DNA from: Geosiphon pyriformis uo1
Taxonomy: Eukaryota > Fungi > Glomeromycota
Length of the DNA: 64,000 nucleotides
Assembly (NCBI GenBank): GCA_016748015.1
Contig: JAAOMT010000599.1
Location: 372,001 to 436,000 of the forward strand
Direction: 5' to 3'
In this document: positions 11,705 through 23,340 of the stretch, in pieces
How positions within the stretch are numbered: position 1 is the stretch's first letter
How the letters are laid out: each line of letters opens with the position of its first letter
Notes under the pieces: model-generated
What the model saw: only the letters and a program-made list of their open reading frames with translations
The model's database searches: none
What the model was told of the DNA's origin: nothing
Made by a program: the position numbers and the translations under genes

Positions 11705-11878
11705 TAGTTTTTGGGATAATTGTTGAATTTTTTGAGAGATAGTTATTATAAGGGAATTGAAATGAAAGAAAAATAAATTGAAATTATTTTTGGTATATGG
11801 GTTTTTATGATATTTTTGTTTTGTTTTTGTGAGATTGTTTCTAAATTATAAGGAGATAATTATAATAATAAATTTAAA

Positions 11879-13261
11879 TTAAGTGTTCAAGTTGGGAGGT
11901 TGTTTAATGACAACTATTGGTTCTAAATTTTGGGAAATATTTTTGGGATTAATTAAAGGGGAATGTGTACCAATTTGTGGAATTAATGATTCAGGATTGT
12001 TTCTGAAATTATAGTGTTTCAAATGATCTCTATATACAACTTTTGCTAGGATTTTGTTATCAAATCTTAACTTGTATGATCTATTGCCTAGGATTTTGTG
12101 GATAAAGAATGGTCTATCTCATTTATTTGCAAATTTTCTACTCCATTGTTTTTCAGCTTTAGTTTTGTGTAAGAAAACTTTGTTTTCAACTTTAAATTTG
12201 TTGGTGACTAGAGGCAATTTGTTGTTATGCCATTCTTTTTGTTGAGCTTAGGAGTGTTCAATATGGGTTGCCGCTATTTGTCATTTTCCTTCCAATGTGC
12301 TAAGCAAAGTGTAGGCTCTTCGTTGGAGTGTTTCCTGAAAGTTGTTTTCATTAATTGGTTGTACTGGATATGTTTCTACTGTGAAACTAATTGGTAATGT
12401 TGCTGTTTTTCCATAGGTTAAATTAAATGGCGTGTGTTTTGTGGTATCTTATTTTAGTGTTCTATATGCTAGTAACACTGATGGAATAAAGATATCTCAT
12501 TTTTGCTCAAAATTGGTTGAAACTTTGGCTAATAATTTACACAATGTTCTGTTAAAACGTTTTACAAGTCTATTTGTTTGTAAATGATAAAATGAAGATA
12601 ATGGTCTCTTAACATTGAATTGTTCACAAATTTCTTGGATTAGATTGTTCACAAAATGTGTTCCTTGATCAGATAGAAGTTCTATTGGGCATCTATGTCT
12701 ACAAATAATGTCTTCATAAATGAAGTTTGCTACTGATTTTGCATCTGCTTGTTGAATGGCTCTGGCTTCGGGCCATTTAGTGAGATAATTTACAGCTACT
12801 ATGATATAATGGTTTCCTTGGTTTGTGATAGGTAGTGGTCCGATTAAATCAATACCAACTCAGTCAAAAGGCTGTCTAACTTTGATTGGGTTTAAAGGTT
12901 CTGTAGGGTGAGTTCCTCCTCTTCTTTGACAGCTATTACAAGATTCAACATACTTGTGAATGTCTCTTCTTATTCGGGGCCAAAAATAATGTTCTAATGT
13001 TCTTTAGATGGTGCTATCTTTTTCTAAATGTGCCAATGTAGAGTCTGAGTGCATGTTGTATAAGACAGTTTCCTTTTCATTTTCTTGTATTAATCTGAGT
13101 GGTTTGTCTGGGTTTCTGAAGTTTTAATAATAGATGATATTATTGTGTAGAAAATATTGTTTGGCTTGTTGTAATCAATGTTTTTCATCTGAGGACCAAT
13201 TTGTTGGGATTGTTAATGTCTTTAAATATTGTTTAAGATTGTTGTAGTTTTCAGGGTTCAT
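11879..13261 (-). pseudogene. Gypsy A integrase (HHCC, DDE core, GPF, no chromodomain), Met-initiated
   Basis: MNPENYNNLKQYL...H...H...CNSC...GIDLIGP...SDQGTHF... Confidence 0.88.
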
Positions 13262-15149
13262 TGTTTGCTGTTTTGTTGCTGTTAATTCAAATGGGTGTTG
13301 GTTTTGTGTTCTAATCTTGCCTTATTCTTGAGAAACAATTAACATTGGTGTGGAGCTTTCCTGGTTTGTGGTGTACAATGTAATGGTAGTTGGCTAAAAA
13401 TCCTGTCCATTGGATTTGTTTGGCATTCAGCTGAGTGTTTTTGTTCTGAAGCCATTTGAGTCCAATATTATCAATGATAATATCAAATTCTTTTGGTCTA
13501 AGATAAAGGTTGAAATGATGTAAGGCCCATATTACTGCTGCTGTTTCTAGTTCAGTTGCAGGGTAATTCTTTTTAGTGGGTTTCAATGTCCTGCTAGCAT
13601 AAGTAATTACTTGCTCATTCCCATTGTCATCCAATTGTAATAGGATGGCACCAAAGGCAGTATAAGAGGCATCTGTTGCTAATCAAAATCAATTGCTAAA
13701 ATCTGGGTAGGCAAGAATTGAAGCTGTCATTAGTTTTTCTTTGAAGATTTCAAATGCATTTTGGTGTTCAGTAGTTCATTTGTATTCGATGTTTTTGGTG
13801 GTAAGTTGGTTAAGAGGTTTTGCGATTTCTGAGAATCCTTTGATGAACTTTCAGTAATAGGAGGCTAACTCTATAAATCCTCTTAGTTTTGTCATGTTTC
13901 GAGGAGTTTTGAAGTTTTTGACAGCACTGATTTTTTCAGGGTCCAGTTTGATTCCATCTTTACTAACAATATGACCAAGAAAGGCCAAGCTTGTTTTTCC
14001 AAAATAGCATTTTTCGATGTTGAGTTTCAGTTCTGCTTTTCGTAATTGTTGAAAAACTTCTCACAGGTGTTTTAAGTGTAATTCGTATGATGGAGAATAA
14101 ACATCAGTATCATTAAGATAAATGACTACTGACTTTCAAAGGAGTTCTTTGTACACAACATCCATTAATTTTTGAAATGTTGCTAGTGCATTGCATAATC
14201 CGAAAAGCATTACATTGAATTTGTAATTTCCTCCTTGGATTGTGAAGGCTGTTTTGGAACAATCTTTGGGATCTATGGCAACTTGCCAGTATCTGTTTTC
14301 CAGATCTAGTGTTGAAAAGTATTTGGTCTTTCCAAGAGATCCAACATATCATCAATTTAGGGAAGGAGATAGGCATCTCCAATGGTGATACTGTTGAGTT
14401 GTCGGTAATCAACACAAAATCATATCTTTCTATTTTTCTTTTTAACTAAGACTACAGGTGAGTTCCATGGACTCATTAACGGTTGAATAAGCCCATTGTT
14501 AAGCATCCGTTGTACTTTTTCTCAGATAAATTGGTAACTTTCTAAAGCAACTTGGTAGGCTTGTTGTCACCTTGGTTTGGCATCTCTTGTATAGATTTGG
14601 TGTTGAACCAAATTGGTTCTTCCTAAGTTATTGTTGTTTTCAGCAAAGATGTCAGCATATTCTGCAATTAGCTCTTTGAGCTGGTTCTGTTGTTGTGGTT
14701 CAAGTTGTCTTATGTTGATTCAGGATAGTTTTTCCATAACAACATGGTAGTTTTTGGAGCTAGAGCTTAAGTTGATTTTTGGTAGTGAATGTTCAATGAT
14801 TTCAGAGAAATTGGGGACTATTTGGGGTAATTCTTGTTGAAAGATATTACTGTGAATAACTCCAATTTCTAAGTTATTTAATAAAACTATGGGGTAATTA
14901 TTTGGATTGTAAAAAGTAACTTGGACTTTCTTTGTTCCTTCTGGGATGTAAATATTTGGGATCAAGATATTATGTTCCAAGTAGATTTGTTCATTGGACT
15001 TAAAAATTTGTTGTGTGGTTGTTGGTTTTTCGCAAGTGTAAATTTTGGGATGTTTTCCAAAAGGTGAAATAGTAATTGGTTGGGGAAGGCATAGAATCTG
15101 GTAAGATTCATTTTGAGTATTAAGAGCTACATTAACTGACATAGTAAAT

Positions 15150-15535
15150 TGTCCAGTTGAACCAAAACCTTTGGTTCCTCTTTTGCTTTGACCTAATTGT
15201 TTTTTTTGGCTGACTAGTTGTAAATCTGAAATGTTGATCAAGAGTAAATAGATAGCTTAGGCAATTTTCTCAGTATGTTCAATCCTAAATGGCTTATCAG
15301 TCTCATTTTGGAGCATTACTGTTATGTCTCTAGTATATCCAGCGTCAATTATTTCTCTTCTGATATTGATTTTTTTGCTTGCCAAAGAGGACCGGGAAGC
15401 GATTTGAACCATCGCTCCAGGTGGAATTTTGAAAGCAATTTTGAGGTTGATTTTTATAAGAGATTTTGGTTGAAGAGTGAGAGTATCTTTTCCTGAATAT
15501 CTCAGGTCATATCCAGTATCAATATCATGAGCTTT
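15150..15535 (-). pseudogene. dUTPase domain of Gypsy A
   Basis: All five trimeric dUTPase motifs: TGYDL, ASRSS, IIDAGY, KIA(Q), RGTKGFGSTG. Confidence 0.93.
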
Positions 15536-18500
15536 TTCAGGTTTTATTTCTTGACCATTATTGTTGAAGTATTTGAATTGTAAAGTAGGCTGATTTTCAA
15601 TGAGATAAATAGACATTGTTTCAATTTCTTTTGTTACTTCAGATTCTCCAAATTTGATTTCATATTCGTCGTTTTCACTGGGCAGGGGAATGCTAAGAGC
15701 ATAGCATTCAGGACACCATTGTTCATCACAAGGCATTATGCATTCTTCACATAATTTAATGTTTATTTGCTTTAGCCATTGAGCTTGAGCTTCTTTGGTC
15801 GGGTAAGTGTGACTTGCAATTTGGTGATATGCTTCTACTTCATCTTTGTAGTTGTATTCAGTGATTTCAAAGGTGTATGCAATATATTCTGATTTTTTCA
15901 TTTGGCAAATATTTTCTTGAGTGGCTCCATTGATTAAAGCCATTGCTAGGTCAAAAATCATTTTAGTATTATAAGGGTAATGATATAGTTTGTTGAGGGT
16001 GCTGTTGTAAGCAGCATCAAAAGGAGTTCCTCTTATTACTTTTTCTGAGATTAAAAAGGCATATTGGCATGTTTGATCACAGACTCCCCCTCTGAATGCA
16101 ACATCAATCCAGTTGCATTCATCAGGTAATCGTTCTCCACAAGTCAAACAGAGCATTCCATCCCATTTTCTATTTCTTTTGACTAGATGTCCCTATCATT
16201 CTCAGTGGCAGGATTTGCAATAGTAACAGGTGTGACTTTCATATTCTTCTTCAGGTAAAATACAAGCTTCCATTGATGATAGTTTCTTGTGGCAGTCCTT
16301 ACATTTAAGAGGAATGTAAGGGCGTCATTTCCTTGGCTCAGGCTTTGAGTAAGGGATATTCCATCTATGGGTTTCGGGTTTAGAGTGTGGTGTAAAATGT
16401 TCTTGTTCAGTTTTATCAGCCCAATTGGATGTTGATTCAAGAGCCATGAATGTTTTGATTAGTGGTTTTTCTGCTTCTGGTTTGAATTTAAAAGCCGGGG
16501 CTTTTTCGGAGCATTTGTTGAATGTATCACAAGTGACAGGTACTTGGGTATGTTGTCCTTGATAGGAGATTTGTAATTCTTGGGTTTCCCAGTCTAATTT
16601 TGTATTGGCTTTTTGGAGCCAATTGTTTCTAACAAGGGCTTAATACTAGGGAGCATCTATTACAAGAACTTTAACTGGAATGGTGATTCCATCAAGAATA
16701 AATGGAAAATTGTCAATTTCTCCAACTGGAGTCTTTTTTATGTCATCGGCAGTGACAATTACTGTTTGAGCTGGTTAGTTGACATTTCTTTTTAACTGTT
16801 GCATTAACTGGTAAGTAATAATACTTTCTGCTGATCCACTGTCTAGAATTAAGTGAATAGGCTTTCCTTCGACTTCAGCTTTAGTGTACATTGCAGTGAT
16901 GGCTTTTTGCTTGTTAGCTGCTGCATTGTTAAGCAAAAATGGTGATTTATTTGCTTCAAATTCGAAAAGAAAAATATCAGAGAAATTGGCATTTTCAGCA
17001 ATTCTGGTTGGTGGGATAGTGGTGTTGTTTTTAGAAGGGTTTTGTTGTTGTGCTGTAGCTCTATCTTCTGAGAATGCAGTATGATGAAAATCCTGTTTTT
17101 CTGGCATTTTTAAATAACTGGGTTGAGTGTGGTAATGATTAGGTCTTGTTTGGACTGGATTTTGGGGAACCAATTGGTTATTTGGGTTGATTTTGTTGTT
17201 GTTTGTTGTGAATCAGTTTTGTGGTACAAATTGGTTTTGTTGAACTAATCGTTGAGCAGATACTTGGTAATATTAAATGGGGAGTTGTTGATATGGTTGT
17301 TGCATTGGCTGTGGAGTAGGTTGATAATAGTTGTTTTGATATTAGGGTCTTGATAGATAGTAAGCTGATGGTGGTAGTGATTGGTAATAAGATTGTTGTG
17401 GTGAAGGGTAACGTTGATTACTCCTGTTTTGTTGGTTTTGTTGTAGCTTTCTGCAATCTTTTTTCCAGTGGCCAGGAATTCCACAGTAATGGCAATTCTG
17501 AGACTGGTTATTAGAGGATAAGGTAAAGCTATTTTGATTTCGTTTTTGGAGTGGTTGATACTTTTGGGGTTGCTGTTGTTGTTGATTGGTGAAGTAGTTT
17601 TCAACTTTCTTTGTGAGTTGGTCAATTTTTTCCTTAGCTGCTGAGCTGGTTTCTCCAATGGCTAAGTTTATAAGTTTTGTACGATTGGCTTCTTTCATGG
17701 CCATTTCATATCTCTTTGCATGCTAAATGGCAGAGTTTAAATCTTCTGGGGCATGTGGGCAAACCTTTTTAATCAATTTATTCTTTAAACCAGCAATAAA
17801 TTGATCCAAAATTTGAGCATCGGAATAATAATCATTAGTTTCAAGTTGGCAAATTTGTCTGAGAAGTTTGTTGAATTTCCCAATATAAGTCATGACAGAT
17901 TTGGATGGCTTTTGTTTGATATTTCGGAAGCAATTCTGGAGAGTGATAGAAGTGTTGTTGTCGGTAAACTGTTCTAAGAAGGCAGTTTTCAAGACTGTCC
18001 AGTTATAAAAAGGGGTGGTCAAGTTTTCGAACCATTCGCCTGCTGTTTCTTTGAGAAAGTAGAAAATTGTTTTTAACATTCTGGCAGCATTTCATCCATT
18101 TGCATCTCCAGCTTTAGTAACTTGGTCAAGCCATTCTTGGAGACTGGTCTCAATGTCTTCTTCATTAAATTCAGGGATTTTTGCAATGTATGCTGTCATT
18201 TTGTTTTCTTCGTTTTCACTGTCTATTGATTTTTCTTGTTCTGATTCAGTTTTTTCACTTTCCAGACTTTCTGAATAATTACTTTCATTTTCTTGTAAGT
18301 AATCAATGATATTGGCACTTGTTGATATTGGTTCCTGCTGTTGAGTAGGATTTCTAGGTGACTGATAATCTTCTGGTCTGAAGAAACATTTAAGTAGTAA
18401 ACTTGGCGTTTGTGAGTGAACAAGTGAAATTGAAAATGATGTAATAGAAAGTGGTAATTTGACACTGGTTCTTTGTTCAGGTGTTTGCAAGTATTTGGCA

Positions 18501-18950
18501 GTTGTTGTTGGTAGTATTGGAGTATTTGGGGTGGTTCTTGAATATTGTTTCAATTTTTGTTTGCTTTTGTTGCTTGTTTCTGTCTCTGATTCAAAATCAA
18601 TAAAGTATTAAGATTGTACTGGATATGTTTCTTCACAGTACTTGATAATGTTAAAATTAAGTTCATGAAAGTAAGTGGCAAGTGTTTCACTATTAAGGTT
18701 TTCAGTTCCCAACTGTAAATAGTGCACTAAATTATTGTAAAAGTTGCTTCTAACTTCTGAGATGTTGTAATTTCCAAAAAGATAATTGTTGATGTGATTT
18801 TCAATATATTGGTATACTGATTTTTTGATAACTTCAATTCTATCTGGAATGTTGAATCTTTGCTTGCAGTGGGTATAAATTGACTGGTAATATTCTAGAG
18901 TTGTTGTGTCTGGTGTGGTTGCCACTTTGAAGTTGTTTTTGCTGTGTTGT

Positions 18951-18968
18951 TTCCATGAGAGAGCACCA
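18951..18968 (-). other. Primer binding site of Gypsy A (TGGTGCTCTCTCATGGAA)
   Basis: TGG start 2 nt after the 5' LTR; complementary to a tRNA ending GAGAGCACCA. The tRNA identity was not determined. Confidence 0.8.
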
Positions 18969-18970
18969 AA

Positions 18971-19951
18971 TGTTACCGGAGGTTTTTGGTCTTTTCTTAG
19001 CTCTTGTATGTTTGTTGTAATGCTGTTAATTCATGACTATGGGAAGTGTTTGAACCTCCGATAACTGAATTTATTCTTTCAAATTATTTCTTATAATTTG
19101 AATTGCTGGGCTTATAGTAGAATAGCCAATTCCATGCCAGTTACTTGTATAGTTATGTTGTAGTAAATGTCAATTCTTTTCCAAAAAATGCTTGTCTGGA
19201 AGCTCACTAAATTGGTGTAGTTACTTTGCTGTGAAAGTTAACTCTTCTACAGAAATCTCATCTGTAGGCTACCCTTAATGATTATGATAAAAAAAAGATA
19301 AAAAAAAGAAGGAAAATGTAAAAAAAAATGAAAGATAATTTATGAAAGTCATTTCAGATCCAGGCCTGGAAGTGTTTTAACAGTTTACTGAAATTGGTAG
19401 CTAGTTAATTTCAAACTTTTAGTAGGAATTGGTTAATTTTAAGGAAAATAATTAGGAATTTGGTTTTTTAAATTATCTGATATTTATTTCTTTTTGTGTG
19501 TATAAGAACAGTTCTAAGAAATAATTTAAAGTAAGATATATTTTCTTGAAAAAAGAAGCTCTTCTTTTATACAACTTGTTGTAACACTATTTTATGAACT
19601 TGAACTTTGCTCTTTTCTACAATTTTACTGAACTAAAGATACATTTCAGCAAACTACAAGTTATTTCTGCGAACTATTAGATATTTCAGAGAACTATCAA
19701 TTATTTCAGCAAATTTCTACAAATTTCGGCAAACTTTTGAATGTTACATATTTCAAGATATTGCGTGATTGATCATCGCAATTAGGTTATATTTGTGTTA
19801 TGTACAAATTGGGTTATTAATTAAATGATAATTTTGGATATTTTGCTAAATGTAATAAGTGATAATTGAAATGATAATATATGCTAATTAATGATAGGAA
19901 TTATAAGGGTAATTTCATGCTAAATAATATCTCTAATTTCATCTGGTAACA
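18971..19951 (-). repeat. 5' LTR of Gypsy A (alpha subtype)
   Basis: TGTTACC...GGTAACA; followed by the PBS on the minus strand; pairs with 7478-8457. Confidence 0.95.
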
Positions 19952-22900
19952 GTGGCTTGATCAATACACTCTTTTAAAGTATGTTGTTAATAATGTATTT
20001 TTGGAGATCATGTGTGATATCAGTCTGAATGAACTTTTGGTAATTGTCAAAAAATTGCCTGATAGCAAGGCTGCTGGGCTTTCTGAAATTCCCAATGAAC
20101 TTTGGAAGCACAGTGGGTCTCTAGTTCTCAATGGTTTTCTGAGTGTTTTCAATAGGTGTTTGAAATCTGGTAGTGTTTCCACACAGTAGAGGAAATCTTG
20201 GGTCTTTATGATTCCTAAACCATATGATTGGAAGAGTACTCTTACCAACACTAGGCCAATAGTGCTGGTTAAGACTGTTTGAAAGATCTTGTCTAAAATT
20301 TTGTCAGACAGAATTTTTTTGGTTTGCAGCAGATGTAATGTTTTGTATGGTGATAACTTTTCGGTGTTGAAAGACACTTCCACACAATCCCCTATTTTTG
20401 CTGTTGGCTTGATTGTTAAAGATGCTTTGGAGAAAAATAGAGAGTTATGGTTGGTTTTTTAAGATATACACAAGGCTTATGACTTTGTTGGTTGGACCCA
20501 TTTGTGCAACAGTCTAGTTAAGATCAAAATATGCCCCTGCTTTATAAGCTTCTTTGATAATATACACAATGAAAGATTTAATCAGGTTATGATGGATTTT
20601 GGTCTGTCTGATAATTATATTGTGCATGATAGTTTAGATCAAGAGGAGGTGTTCTCACCACTTCTGTGGCAAATTTTTTATAACTCATTACTCTGTAAAG
20701 TCAAAAAACATAAACAGTTGTATGGCTACAGAATGTGCTCAAAATTTTATACTAAGTTTGGTAGGCCTGATATGAATAGTGGCAGTACTTCATTTTTTGC
20801 AGCAGGTGCCTTTGTTAATAATACAATTTGGATTAGAAATTGCTTGATGGCAATGCAAAACATTTTGAATATAGCTAGTGAGTTCTTTTCTATTAATGAC
20901 ATCTCCATAAATACTGAAAAGACTGTTGCTATTCCTATTAACCAAGGTGTCCAGAAAGCTAATCTATCTATTAGTGGATCAAAGATTTTAGTGGCTAAGA
21001 GGAATGAATCTTATCATTATCTGAGAATTTTTTTGTCTACTGAGAGCTTGTTCAAGCTGAGTCTAGCCAAGACCCATGCTGATGTCAGATTTTTTTTGAA
21101 TGTGGTTCTGAGAAAAGCCATTACTGAGAAACAATTTTTGTATTTAGTTTCTGCTGTTTTGCAGCCTATTATTTGCTACAGACTTCAATTTAGCTTTGCA
21201 TCCAAGAATATTTGTGAAAAATGAAACAGATTGCTGAGAAGAAGACTTAAGCTCAAAGCAAATTTACCTAAAGACTTTTCTAGTGTGGTATTGTATCATC
21301 TCGAGTTGTATGGCCTGAAGTCTTTTGAACAGGTGCTCACTGAAAATTTGATGGCCAACCTGGTCAACTTTAGTAATATGGGTGGAACTCTTGGCAGATT
21401 TTTTGATCACAGAATGATGAACTTACAAGCAGCCAGCTAGATGCCCTAGCACCTTCTCTGTTTTCTGATTATGTTACCTATTAGTCCTTTGAATTGTTTT
21501 TTAGCTGGTACTACACATGTTCTCACTTTGTGCAACACTTTCTTAGATGGTGCTTTTCATAATGTTTTTAGAGCTGGATTTGGTGTGCTAATCCTGAACA
21601 TGTTAGGTGTGAGTGATTATCTGGGTGCAAGAAAATCTCTTAGAAAATATGGCCTCATTTTTGCCAACCAACTGTTAGATCATTATGGCAAATGTTTCAC
21701 TTGGAACACTTTTTGCAAATGGAAAAGGCTTAATTCCAGAGGTCTTATTTCTACCTGATTTGTCTCCATTTCTGATTTTATCAAGTGTAGTGGTTTGGAC
21801 AATAACATGGTTATGGCATTTTGTCCTGCTTCTTCTGATGTTGTTTGTGATATTGATTTTGTTTTTGAATAGTTGCTTGCCACCAAGTGTGGCTCTATTG
21901 ATGTATATACGGATGGTTTTGTCAAGAGTTTGGGGTTTATTGATGCCTGTAGTGATGCTACAGCTTATTTTCCAAAAGCCAATGCAAATATTGGTGTAAA
22001 GATTCTTGGTTTGTTGTCTTCTATGCTGGTGGAGCTACAAGTCATTGCTTTGGCATTGGAATGTGTTCTTGATTTTAGTACAGTTACTTTGTTTACGGGC
22101 AGTTAGACTTTGCTAGATATATGCAAGTTCGAAGTGGATGGTTTTGGTTCTGATTTTTGACACAAATGCTGGATTGAGAAAGAGCATATTCATCAAGCTA
22201 TTTCAAATAAGAATTTATCAGTCACATGGAGAAAGGTCAAAAGACATTCAGATGTAATCGAGAACAAACATGTGGATTTTTTTGCAAACATGGTGACTTT
22301 GTCCAAGTCTGTGTTGTTCTTGAGCATACCATGTTGCTTTCTTAGTGTTGAGAACAGATCTGTTTCTGGAAATACACGTTATTTCTTTAGGAATTTGTTT
22401 AAAGCCATCAATTTTGTCAGTTGGGAGTTTAAATTTGGTGCTGACATTGTTGATATTGGTTTTGCTGGCAATATTAACTCTTCCAAATCTTTCAGTGTTT
22501 GGCACCTTGATGGTGGGATTTGCTCTGGTTATATTGGCTTATTTTCTGCTTTTCTGCGATTTTACCTTATGAAATTTCTGCATTGTCATCTGCCGGTTGC
22601 TGTAAGAAAAAGATTATATGATCTTAAATATCCTAACATGGTATGCATTAAATGTGGTATGATTGAAAACTCTGATCACTTGTTTTTGTGTAAGCATGAC
22701 AATGTTGCCAGGCTGAATATATTGTTAAATATTAGCATGAAGTGGTGTAAGATGGCTGGTGAATTTGCTGAAAGAAGTAAAATAATGCAATTCTTGAGTG
22801 AGACTGAGTTTTCTAATGGCCTGTACATATTGTTGGCCAAAGGGTTTGTACTGAAAAGCTGGGTATCAAATGCTATCCTGTGCCTTGGTTTAGTTTCTGG

Positions 22901-23340
22901 CAGTGGCTTAATAGTCAAGTTGGTTTGTAATCTTGCTGAGAGTCACAGATCAGATATCTGGTTGCCTGCTGCTAAATTGAGAGCTTTTTATGAAAAGCAC
23001 AATCTTCTGCCATGTGATGGATTTGCTGTGCCATTGATTAATAGTTTGTCGAATTTGTGGGATACTAGTGTCATCTATGGCTTTGGTTTCAGGTTGGGTG
23101 TTTATTTGTGTTTTGGTTTATGTTCTTGCTTCACTAAGCTGGGCTTTGGTTTCTTGAATAGTATACCTTTAACAGATCCTGCATATGTGTAGTGCTGCTT
23201 TGACTGGGCCAAGTATCTGGTCATGTGTAGAAAAGGCATAAGCCACATTTAATTTGAAATTTTTTTTTGATTTTATGTATTTAGGTAGTGGTTAGACTGT
23301 ACTTGTTAAACTTACAATAAATAAATAAATAAAAAATAAA

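Larger units (their letters stand above)
13311..18968 (-). pseudogene. Gypsy A gag-PR-Cys-rich-dUTPase-RT-RNaseH polyprotein with many premature stops
   Basis: Capsid from ~18198 (MTAYIAKIPEF); knuckle CHYCGIPGHWKKDC; protease ILDSGS at ~16840; dUTPase at ~15150-15535; RT YLND at ~14110-14121; RNase H ending SRIRQD*. Confidence 0.9.
7478..19951 (-). mobile_element. Ty3/Gypsy LTR retrotransposon family A, composite with three LTRs, dUTPase-bearing
   Basis: LTRs at 7478-8457, 10088-11058 and 18971-19951; TSD GTAG/GTGG (one G>A change); PBS and two PPTs; gag-PR-dUT-RT-RH-IN order. Confidence 0.95.
6031..23192 (+). pseudogene. LINE L-1 ORF2 (AP endonuclease, RT, RNase H, C-terminal CCHC finger); many stops; split by Gypsy 7478-19951
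   Basis: APE motifs NIWGLN/ETK/IDHVF/DTDY at 6031-6800; RT RPIVL, KAYD, AFVNN (FVDD-derived) at 20250-20830; RNase H VYTDG at ~21903; CIKC...HLFLC at ~22643-22690. Confidence 0.9.
3113..23340 (+). mobile_element. Full-length non-LTR retrotransposon (LINE, APE-RT-RNaseH-CCHC), copy L-1, interrupted by a solo LTR and a Gypsy composite
   Basis: The 5' end AAAAAACTTCTTT is shared with copy L-2. ORF1 and ORF2 rejoin in frame across both insertions. The 3' UTR ends in an (AAAT)n/A-rich tail at ~23316-23340. Length is ~6.8 kb once inserts are removed. Confidence 0.93.
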
